From an uncultured Spirochaetales bacterium (lineage in GTDB: Bacteria > Spirochaetota > Spirochaetia > DSM-27196 > DATKUC01): a stretch of DNA of 64,000 bases. Positions 45,931 through 53,139 of the stretch are shown here, in pieces. Location: NCBI GenBank assembly GCA_964553615.1, contig CAZKMA010000001.1, positions 14,209 to 78,208 of the forward strand. Reading direction: 5' to 3'. Every line of letters starts with the position of its first letter. Positions within the stretch are counted from its first letter, which is position 1. The notes under the pieces are model-generated. The model ran no database searches. It had not been told where the DNA came from and saw nothing but the letters and a program-made list of their open reading frames with translations. The translations under genes and the position numbers were made by a program.

Positions 45931-47055
45931 ATTCGCGTAACCGAATGAGCTCCGCAGAACTCCTGTGTCAGGCGTATACAGATTACCGCGGAGAAACCGA
46001 ATCCCCGTTCTCTGACCACGTTGCATAGTTTCCGCCCGATTATTCTGCACGCGTGCATAGAGTGGTTCGGTACGGCCATCGAGAGAAAGCGCAACCATTG
46101 TGTGCGGACCTTCGGACATCACGGCGATTACCGTAAGCAATCCCTCGTCCCGTCCGCCCTCCGGAAGCATGGAAACCGCCTCCGGTCGAACATGGATGAT
46201 GCACTTATCGTGATTGAACACGCCGCACTCCGGCGGAACTAACAGGAAACAGTACGGATCATCATCAGGAATAAACAACACCCGATCGTCCGCGACGTGT
46301 ATTTCGCCCCGCAGCAGGTTGGTGCGGGGATTGCCGGTGAACTCGGCGACCTGGACGGTTGCCGGATAATCATAGATTTCCTCCGCACTACCAATCTGCT
46401 GCAATTCCCCGTGAGCGAGAACGCCGATGCGGTCCGCCAACGTCATGGCCTCCGTTTGATCATGCGTAACAAAGATCGAAGTTGTTCCCAGGCGATCATG
46501 AAGTTGCTTCAATTGTGCGCGCACCGAAACCCGAAGAAGGGGATCGAGATTCGAAAGAGGTTCGTCGAACAGGAGAATGTCGGGTTGGGCGACAATTGTC
46601 CGTGCCAGTGCAACTCTCTGTTGCTGTCCACCGCTCAGATGACTCGGACGCTGCCCCTTGAATGACTTCATGTCAACCAGATCGAGCGCAGCATCAACAC
46701 GTTGTGCAGTCTCGAGTTTCCCGACGCCCCGAATCTTGAGTCCGAATGCGACATTCTCAAACACGGTCATGTGAGGGTAGAGAGCGTAGCTCTGGAAGAC
46801 GAATCCGGTATGCCTGTCCTTCGGTGAGACATCGATTCCGGTCAGCTCCGAGTGCATGCACCGATCGCCGAAATAGACATCTCCACCAGATGGAGTCTCG
46901 AGTCCTGCCAGACATCGAAGCAGGGTTGTCTTGCCGCAGCCCGATGGACCGAGCAGAACGAAGAACTCACCGTCCTTTACCTCGATCGATACGTCACTCA
47001 ATGCGGGCACTTTGTCGTACCACATTGCCAGGTGTTCGATCCGGATGTCCGGCAT
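45922..47055 (-). CDS. ABC transporter ATP-binding protein, MalK/UgpC/MsmX family (no cognate permease nearby)
   Basis: Walker A GPSGCGKTT, signature LSGGQQQRVALAR, Walker B ILLFDEPLS, and a C-terminal TOBE-like regulatory domain. Confidence 0.9.
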   Translation of the reverse strand: MPDIRIEHLAMWYDKVPALSDVSIEVKDGEFFVLLGPSGCGKTTLLRCLAGLETPSGGDVYFGDRCMHSELTGIDVSPKDRHTGFVFQSYALYPHMTVFENVAFGLKIRGVGKLETAQRVDAALDLVDMKSFKGQRPSHLSGGQQQRVALARTIVAQPDILLFDEPLSNLDPLLRVSVRAQLKQLHDRLGTTSIFVTHDQTEAMTLADRIGVLAHGELQQIGSAEEIYDYPATVQVAEFTGNPRTNLLRGEIHVADDRVLFIPDDDPYCFLLVPPECGVFNHDKCIIHVRPEAVSMLPEGGRDEGLLTVIAVMSEGPHTMVALSLDGRTEPLYARVQNNRAETMQRGQRTGIRFLRGNLYTPDTGVLRSSFGYANSM

Positions 47056-47079
47056 GAAGGAATACCCCTCCCGCGGGTC

Positions 47080-47697
47080 CTACAGGTGGCCGTCTGCGAT
47101 AACTCGCCTGATTTCGGACACGGTTTCGTCCCACAATCCTGCGCGGTACCATGATGCCATTTCCCCGGCTACACTGCGGTAGAGGTCTCGAAGCTTCCGC
47201 TTGTCCTGAAGGTCTTCTGACCCTTCAAGCGTCTTGATCTCATCGGCGTGAGCGGCCTTCCATACGGCCAGTTTTTCTGATGCGGCGGCAGGTCTTTCCA
47301 CCCAGTGACCAATGAGCTTCCATTTCGCATCGTAGAAGGTCAGAACCGGAATATGATCGAGACCCTGATCGTTGTATGCCCTGTTCAGGTCCTCGTAAGT
47401 CTTTATGTGAAAGACTTTCATGTCCATTCCAGGTACGGAATTCACGATTGCCTCGACGATAGGCAGATTGGTGGCCGAATCGCTGCATCTGTCTTCGGTA
47501 AGCACAGAAACATGAATGGTGCCGCCGTGTCTTTGTACGAGGTCGGCAAAGGCGTGCGCTTCCTGCTCCGATATGGCAGCTTCGTTTCGAAGTTCGCTTA
47601 CGAGCTGTTGATGCGCCCGTATGCTTTGCACGAACGTGTCATAGGTTGGTGCCGCTTCGTACAGTTCCGGGTTCATGGGCAGGGTGGTTTGATTCAT
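47080..47697 (-). CDS. Thioredoxin-fold family protein (monothiol RCSDS motif)
   Basis: Thioredoxin-like pattern (VLTEDRCSDSATNLPIVEAI...IPVLTFYD..WKLIGHWVERP). Start chosen at MNQTT (ATG 47697) after SD GGAGGA. The track ORF extends to 47784. Confidence 0.6.
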   Translation of the reverse strand: MNQTTLPMNPELYEAAPTYDTFVQSIRAHQQLVSELRNEAAISEQEAHAFADLVQRHGGTIHVSVLTEDRCSDSATNLPIVEAIVNSVPGMDMKVFHIKTYEDLNRAYNDQGLDHIPVLTFYDAKWKLIGHWVERPAAASEKLAVWKAAHADEIKTLEGSEDLQDKRKLRDLYRSVAGEMASWYRAGLWDETVSEIRRVIADGHL

Positions 47698-47802
47698 CTC
47701 ATCCTCCAGATGCATTATCTTTTGATAAAGTACAGAAACGGCGGGAGCTCGGCAACGTATGCCGCGCACAAAATGAAGTATCACGCAGCGTGTTGATACA
47801 GC

Positions 47803-47843
47803 AAAAAAAAAACGGTATGCCTGGACGTCTTAGCATACCGTTT
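47803..47843 (-). terminator. Rho-independent terminator downstream of the Maf-like gene
   Basis: On the minus strand: perfect 11-bp stem AAACGGTATGC / GCATACCGTTT (47833-47843 pairs with 47810-47820), a 12-nt loop, then a T-run (A10 on the plus strand at 47803-47812). Confidence 0.8.
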
Positions 47844-47895
47844 GGGAAGTATAAGCTTCCGTTGGCTATAGTATCGGCAGGATTGCCCAGAATCT

Positions 47896-49755
47896 TTAGG
47901 CAGAGGGAGAATGGTTTAGCCAGGAAAGGCCGTTTTCGAGGCATTTTCGATGAAAGCGCGAAGATTCGAGGAGTCCCTCGTAGATTGACCGGCTGTTCTG
48001 CAATACCTTCTCCGCGGTAACCAATTCGGGGTTCTGGTTATTCAGCTCCCGGACGTTTCTCTGCATGAGAAATCCTACGATGTCGCGGTTCGGATTTGCA
48101 GAGATCTCGCTGTCCAGTTGGTTCAGAAGTTCGAGGTTCGGAACGATGTTCTCCGACTGGGAGAGAGTGTGTTCTGCTTCTGTGACAATTGCCGTACCGC
48201 GCACCGCCAGTGCTTCAATTTCGAGTAGTTCGGTCCTGAGTGTATTGACGGTATCGATGAGGTTCTTGGTACTCGTCACGGGTGGTGACGCGTTCTCGTG
48301 AAGCTTGCCGATTTCCTCGAGTTTCGAACGCGCTGTTCCGGGCAGGTCCGGAAGACTGAGGACTTCCTCGATGTTGGCGTACGATACGCCCTGGAGCTGT
48401 ACCGCATGGGGTGAAAGAGAGCGAGTGTCACACTCGGGAAACCGTTTGGCCTGTCCCTCGAACCAGGTCCGGTAAATGAGCATCCGCTTGTCGGACAGGA
48501 CCGTGGTTCCCGAGTTGTCCGGGACCGGGAAGAGGCCTGCTTCATGGAGATAACGGAATGAATGATGTTCTCCGGGTGCGAGCCGGGTTGCAATTGTCTG
48601 GATTCGTTCTTCGAAAAAACTGCCCCGGAAATGCGTCTGGCGCCCGGGAAAGCCAAGGTCGACTCCGCTCGTATAGATGGGCGTGCATCCAAGGATCCGG
48701 AGAAAATCCCACGCGCTGGTTGACACCGATCCTCCGGCGCCCAGTTTCCCCATGGGGCCTGTCCGGGCTTCGATGTACTGTCCCAGGGGGAAGAGCGAGC
48801 TGCAGAAATGTATTGGTCCGGAGAGGAGTCTGAAGACTCGTGGATGGGTCGATGATTCGGAGATGAGGGGGGCTTTTGCCCCTGCAGCACGATCCAGGTG
48901 TCGGGTGTTCCAGTACTGAGGATCGACAACAACGACGAAATCCGGTTCCACACCTGCGCTGCGGCAGGCGGCAAGGCTGGTGTCCACCGTGACAACTATG
49001 CAGGAGCGTGCAATTTCCCGAAGATGCGGCAGGACGAGATCGAGGCTCGGGCCTCCTCCGAGTAGTATGCCAGGTAGTGCGGGAAAGAGGCCTTCGAGAT
49101 CGGCGAGGCGCCGGGACCGGGTGAATACTGGAAGATTGCGCGTGAGATTCCGTACCCAGAGCTCACCGAATCGAATGAGCGTGTTTTGATTCACCCGCGT
49201 GCGAGACAGGTAGGCCGCGGCGCGGCTCTCGACCTTCTGGTAATACTCTCGGTGCTGGTCGTATTGCGGCCTGAACCGAATAGTCTGGAAGTCGGTGGAT
49301 TCTGTGGCATTCAGAATGTCCATTATCTGGTCGGCGGCATCGGTGCCGAACAGATAATGGACTCTCTCACGAGCGAACAACTCGCGAAAGTCGCGCGCTT
49401 TCAGCACTGCGGCGAAGAGCGGAATATCCGGTTCGACCACCACGACATGTGCAGATGGATGGGTTTCGACGAGGGTTTCAGTGATGTAGCCGAGTCCAAA
49501 ACCTTCGACGATGTAGCAGCCCGTCGGAACTCCGGAGTCCGCGACAATGCGTTCGGCCTCCCGGCGCGGAGCGTGGCTGCTGTGAAGGCTGATTTCCCCG
49601 TAACGGGCGGTGACTTCACCGCTGCGTGCGATCATTGTATGCAGCTGATCTGAGGCGCAGGTTGATCGGATGAGTGCGGCGAGGTCCGGATACGCCTTCG
49701 AGAGTTCGGAAAGGTTTCTTGACCAGATGGATGTCTCGTCAAAACGGTTCTCCAC
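47896..49755 (-). CDS. Motility-associated factor (Maf)-type glycosyltransferase family protein, DUF115 / MptE-like domain
   Basis: DUF115 core (PGILLGGGPSLDLVLPHLREIARSCIVVTVDTSLAACRSAGVEPDFVVVVDPQYW). GTG 49755 is preferred (SD GGAG, 1-nt overlap with the PBP stop). The alternative ATG 49830 would overlap the PBP gene by 76 nt. Confidence 0.75.
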   Translation of the reverse strand: MENRFDETSIWSRNLSELSKAYPDLAALIRSTCASDQLHTMIARSGEVTARYGEISLHSSHAPRREAERIVADSGVPTGCYIVEGFGLGYITETLVETHPSAHVVVVEPDIPLFAAVLKARDFRELFARERVHYLFGTDAADQIMDILNATESTDFQTIRFRPQYDQHREYYQKVESRAAAYLSRTRVNQNTLIRFGELWVRNLTRNLPVFTRSRRLADLEGLFPALPGILLGGGPSLDLVLPHLREIARSCIVVTVDTSLAACRSAGVEPDFVVVVDPQYWNTRHLDRAAGAKAPLISESSTHPRVFRLLSGPIHFCSSLFPLGQYIEARTGPMGKLGAGGSVSTSAWDFLRILGCTPIYTSGVDLGFPGRQTHFRGSFFEERIQTIATRLAPGEHHSFRYLHEAGLFPVPDNSGTTVLSDKRMLIYRTWFEGQAKRFPECDTRSLSPHAVQLQGVSYANIEEVLSLPDLPGTARSKLEEIGKLHENASPPVTSTKNLIDTVNTLRTELLEIEALAVRGTAIVTEAEHTLSQSENIVPNLELLNQLDSEISANPNRDIVGFLMQRNVRELNNQNPELVTAEKVLQNSRSIYEGLLESSRFHRKCLENGLSWLNHSPSA

Positions 49756-51614
49756 TACTGAAGCTCCAACTGTAGCGTCATGCCGGGCGCAATCCTGGTC
49801 CCGGGCGGAGGCGACTGTTTCGTCACCCAACCGTCCCCGGTTATGGTTACTTTCAGGTCTTTGCGGTCGAACAACGGCAGGAGTGCTCGCTTCGGGAGGC
49901 CGGTGAAGTCGGGAATTGTATCGGTAAATGCCGGAAGCTGAGGGCGAATAACGGTGATTCTGTTGCTGCTGCTTGCAACCTTATCCCCCTTGCGCGGTAT
50001 GCCGAAGTAGTTTCCCAGGAAGAGTGCTGCGTCGTGCGCAACGGGGGCTGCAATAATGCCTCCCAGGTAACCATTCTTCCTCGAATCATCGATCACGACA
50101 TACACAATGATCTGTGGATCGTCTGCGGGAAAGATTGCCATGCATGAGCTGAGGAAGGCGGATTTCGAGTAGGTCCCGGTCTTCTTGTCGTAGACTTGTG
50201 CCGTGCCGGTCTTCGCGGCAATGTCGTAGTCCTCAGAATGCGCGCGGATTGCAGTCCCTCCTGCTTGAGTCGCAGTTACCATGAACCCGAGCATCTTGTC
50301 GGCCATTATCGGCGAGATCACCTGCCGCACGGGATCGCGGGCGGACTGTGAAATAACTCTGCCGTCAGCGGAGACTATCTTCTCCACAACATGAGGTTTC
50401 AAGAGCACACCGTGGTTCGCTATTGCTGTGGCTGCAGTAATCATTTGCATTGCGGTGACGGAGATTTCCTGGCCGAATGTGATTGCCGGTTTAGACCGAT
50501 CAGTCCAGAATTCCGGCGTACGGAAGATCCCCTTCTCTTCGCCCGGGAGGTTGACACCGGTTTGCTCTCCAAATCCGAACTGCCGCAGCATGTGGTAGAG
50601 GTTTTCCTTTGATACCGTTTCGGAGGCGTATGATGCTCCTACGTTTGACGAGTACTTGATTATCCCCTGGACGTTGATCCGTCCGTACACGCCCAGATCG
50701 GTGACGGGAGGGTATACCTTGGTGTAGATGCCGTCGGCATTGAAATAGTCCTTCTCGGTAATTCCACCGAGCTGCATGATTGAGGACAACGAAAAAATCT
50801 TGAAGACGGATCCCGGCTCATAGAGGAAATTCACGGGAAAGTTGCGCCGAACGCTCGGCGGAGACTGGTTGAACTTATTCGGATCGAAGTTCGGCATTGC
50901 CGCGTACGCAAGAACGTTGCCGTTTTTTGCGTTCATTGCGAGGATCATGACCGATTTTGCATCATGATAGTCGTATGTCTGTTTTGCAAGTTCCTCCATC
51001 TTGTACTGAGCGTTTGCATCGATGGTGAGGAATATCTGATCGCCATAGACGGTTCCGCTCCGGGTTTCCGTGGGTGCCGGAGAGAGCTGCTTGTCATACT
51101 GGTACTCAATTCCCGCCAGTCCGTGATTGTCTACGCCCACAAATCCGAGCAGGTGCGACGCGAGGGATTTCTCAGGGTAGCTGCGACCGAAATCTGCCCG
51201 CAAACTGACCCCCTGCAACTTGCCTTCCGATTTCAATTCACGGATCCGCTTGCTCTCAGTTGGGGAGATGGTTCGTTTGATGACCGCAAAATCGCTTGTG
51301 CCGTGGATCTTGTCGAGTATCTGCTGAGCAGGGATGTTCAGCACATTGCCCAGGAGATTGGCCGTCTCCTGTGCGTCGGTTACGTTCGGGCCCCACACGG
51401 TAACCGTGTTCAGCTGTGTTTCTATTGCGAGAATCTTCCCGTTGCGGTCCAGGATTGGTCCGCGTTCGACTACGGTTGGTTGGGCGTCTGAGGTTGCGGC
51501 ATTCCTGTTGTTGAAGACCATCACCGAAGCGTACTGTATAATGAGTGCCATCGCGAACAGTCCCGCCGCGACGAACACAACGATGTAGCGAATACGATTG
51601 TTAGTCTTTTCCAT
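49755..51614 (-). CDS. Class B penicillin-binding protein (FtsI/PBP2-type transpeptidase) with C-terminal PASTA domain
   Basis: N-terminal TM anchor. SxxK (GSVFK), SxN (YSSN) and KTG (KTGTA) motifs. C-terminal PASTA-like segment (IPDFTGLPKRALLPLFDRKDLKVTITGDGWVTKQSPPPGTRIAPGMTLQLEL). Confidence 0.9.
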   Translation of the reverse strand: MEKTNNRIRYIVVFVAAGLFAMALIIQYASVMVFNNRNAATSDAQPTVVERGPILDRNGKILAIETQLNTVTVWGPNVTDAQETANLLGNVLNIPAQQILDKIHGTSDFAVIKRTISPTESKRIRELKSEGKLQGVSLRADFGRSYPEKSLASHLLGFVGVDNHGLAGIEYQYDKQLSPAPTETRSGTVYGDQIFLTIDANAQYKMEELAKQTYDYHDAKSVMILAMNAKNGNVLAYAAMPNFDPNKFNQSPPSVRRNFPVNFLYEPGSVFKIFSLSSIMQLGGITEKDYFNADGIYTKVYPPVTDLGVYGRINVQGIIKYSSNVGASYASETVSKENLYHMLRQFGFGEQTGVNLPGEEKGIFRTPEFWTDRSKPAITFGQEISVTAMQMITAATAIANHGVLLKPHVVEKIVSADGRVISQSARDPVRQVISPIMADKMLGFMVTATQAGGTAIRAHSEDYDIAAKTGTAQVYDKKTGTYSKSAFLSSCMAIFPADDPQIIVYVVIDDSRKNGYLGGIIAAPVAHDAALFLGNYFGIPRKGDKVASSSNRITVIRPQLPAFTDTIPDFTGLPKRALLPLFDRKDLKVTITGDGWVTKQSPPPGTRIAPGMTLQLELQ

Positions 51615-51638
51615 GCCGTAAACCGTCTTACCAAATGT

Positions 51639-51665
51639 TCATCGGCAAGAATTAAGTCCACTGTA
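51639..51665 (-). promoter_or_regulatory. Candidate sigma-28-type promoter upstream of the PBP-Maf pair (TACA-N15-GCCGATGA)
   Basis: Minus strand reads TACA gtggacttaattctt GCCGATGA, 24 nt upstream of the PBP ATG. Compare the sigma-28/SigD consensus TAAA-N15-GCCGATAA (3/4 and 7/8 matches, correct spacing). Confidence 0.3.
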
Positions 51666-51681
51666 ATACGCGCGCCCTATC

Positions 51682-53085
51682 TTGTCGATATCTATGGACA
51701 TGGTCACCTATGGCGTAGAACAGCGCGTCTCAAAAAGACGTACCATTTCAGACTCCAGGAGCCGAATGGCTCCTGAAACGTATAATACCGACGCAATGAT
51801 TTCCCGAGGAGAGCAATCTCTCGCCCAACCGGGAGTCGTATCACGATTGATCGAACGACCGCGAAGCCGAAAGATACCGGCGGACCGCGGCACTCGTACA
51901 ACATTGCTGAGGGCCGAGCTGATGAACGACGACGGAATAGATACGGTGGGCGGACCGACACGGATTGCCCCGCCGGATCGGACAGCCATAGGTATGAGTC
52001 TGATGGCTCGTCCGGAGTATCGGCGTCGTTCAACCTCTGCGGCTATCTTTCCGTCGCGCGGCGAGACGGCTGTACGGAATGCGATGGAACGGATGGGCCA
52101 CTGGCTTCCCGTTCTGATTGCCGCGCTCGTTATTTTTGTCGCCGTGCTCGGCAGGTTGAGCATGCTCAAGGATCAGTTCATCTATCCGCCTGCGGCGCAG
52201 CTTCAGATGCCCCCGGACAAGCAGCTCGAGCCGCAGCTCATGGCGACCGCGGTTCCCGGCTACGATGCGGCGACGGGATCAGACGCGTATTCTTCTGCTG
52301 CCAGGGACGAGTCCCAGGCGGTGGCGCCGCCGGAGAACCTGTCGAGGTTCGAATCGCTGAAGTTGACAACCTACACGGTGAAGCCGGGGGACTCGATTTC
52401 GGGTATAGCGAAAAAATTCGGAATTGATGAGGGTACGATCATCAGTTTTAACGACATCAATGATGTTCGCAGAATACCGGTCGGGGCATCCTTTCAAATT
52501 CCAAACAAGAACGGACTCCGTTATACCGTGCACCGGGGGGATTCGCTCAGTTCAATTGCTGGACGATTCAATACTTCCGTCAACAGTCTTCTTGACACCA
52601 ACAACATGAAGTCCACCGTGCTTCATGTGGGGCAGGATTTATTCGTTCCCGGCGCAAAGATGAGCACTTTTCAGCTCCAGCTTGTGCTTGGTGAAGCGTT
52701 TCAGTGGCCTGTGCGCGGTGCGGTAATGACCTCGACATTCGGAATCAGGCGCGATCCGTTTACCGGTGCTCGGGATTTCCATCCCGGAATTGATCTTGCC
52801 CTCTATTTCGGCGCGCCGATCCACGCCGCCGGCAATGGAGTGGTGAAAGATGCCGGGTACAACAATATCTTCGGGTATTACATCATCATCTCCCATCCGA
52901 ACAGCTTTCAGACCCTCTATGGACACCTGTCGAAGCAGTTGGTCCATTCCGGGCAGAGCGTGGTTGCCGGGCAGACCATTGGATTGATGGGAAGCACGGG
53001 GTACAGCACCGGAACGCACCTGCATTTTGGCATATATCACAACTACAAGCCGGTGAATCCGCTGAAGTATCTTCCAAAGCAATAA
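51682..53085 (+). CDS. LysM-domain M23 family metallopeptidase (membrane anchored)
   Basis: TM (WLPVLIAALVIFVAVLG). Two LysM repeats (YTVKPGDSISGIAKKFGI...; YTVHRGDSLSSIAGRFNT...). M23 core (HPGIDLA...GYYIIISHP..FQTLYGHLS...GSTGYSTGTHLHFGI). Start uncertain (TTG 51682, ATG 51694 or ATG 51700). Confidence 0.9.
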   Translation: MSISMDMVTYGVEQRVSKRRTISDSRSRMAPETYNTDAMISRGEQSLAQPGVVSRLIERPRSRKIPADRGTRTTLLRAELMNDDGIDTVGGPTRIAPPDRTAIGMSLMARPEYRRRSTSAAIFPSRGETAVRNAMERMGHWLPVLIAALVIFVAVLGRLSMLKDQFIYPPAAQLQMPPDKQLEPQLMATAVPGYDAATGSDAYSSAARDESQAVAPPENLSRFESLKLTTYTVKPGDSISGIAKKFGIDEGTIISFNDINDVRRIPVGASFQIPNKNGLRYTVHRGDSLSSIAGRFNTSVNSLLDTNNMKSTVLHVGQDLFVPGAKMSTFQLQLVLGEAFQWPVRGAVMTSTFGIRRDPFTGARDFHPGIDLALYFGAPIHAAGNGVVKDAGYNNIFGYYIIISHPNSFQTLYGHLSKQLVHSGQSVVAGQTIGLMGSTGYSTGTHLHFGIYHNYKPVNPLKYLPKQ

Positions 53086-53120
53086 AAAATGCCGCGCGGG
53101 CAACAAAGCCTGCGCGGCAT
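53083..53120 (-). terminator. Rho-independent terminator after secA (possibly bidirectional for the convergent M23 gene)
   Basis: 13-bp GC-rich stem (53089-53101 pairs with 53108-53120; one G-T/C-A position) with loop AACAAA. On the minus strand it is followed by TTTTTTATT. Starts 19 nt after the secA stop. Confidence 0.75.
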
Positions 53121-53139
53121 TCTCAACCGTTTTTCACCC

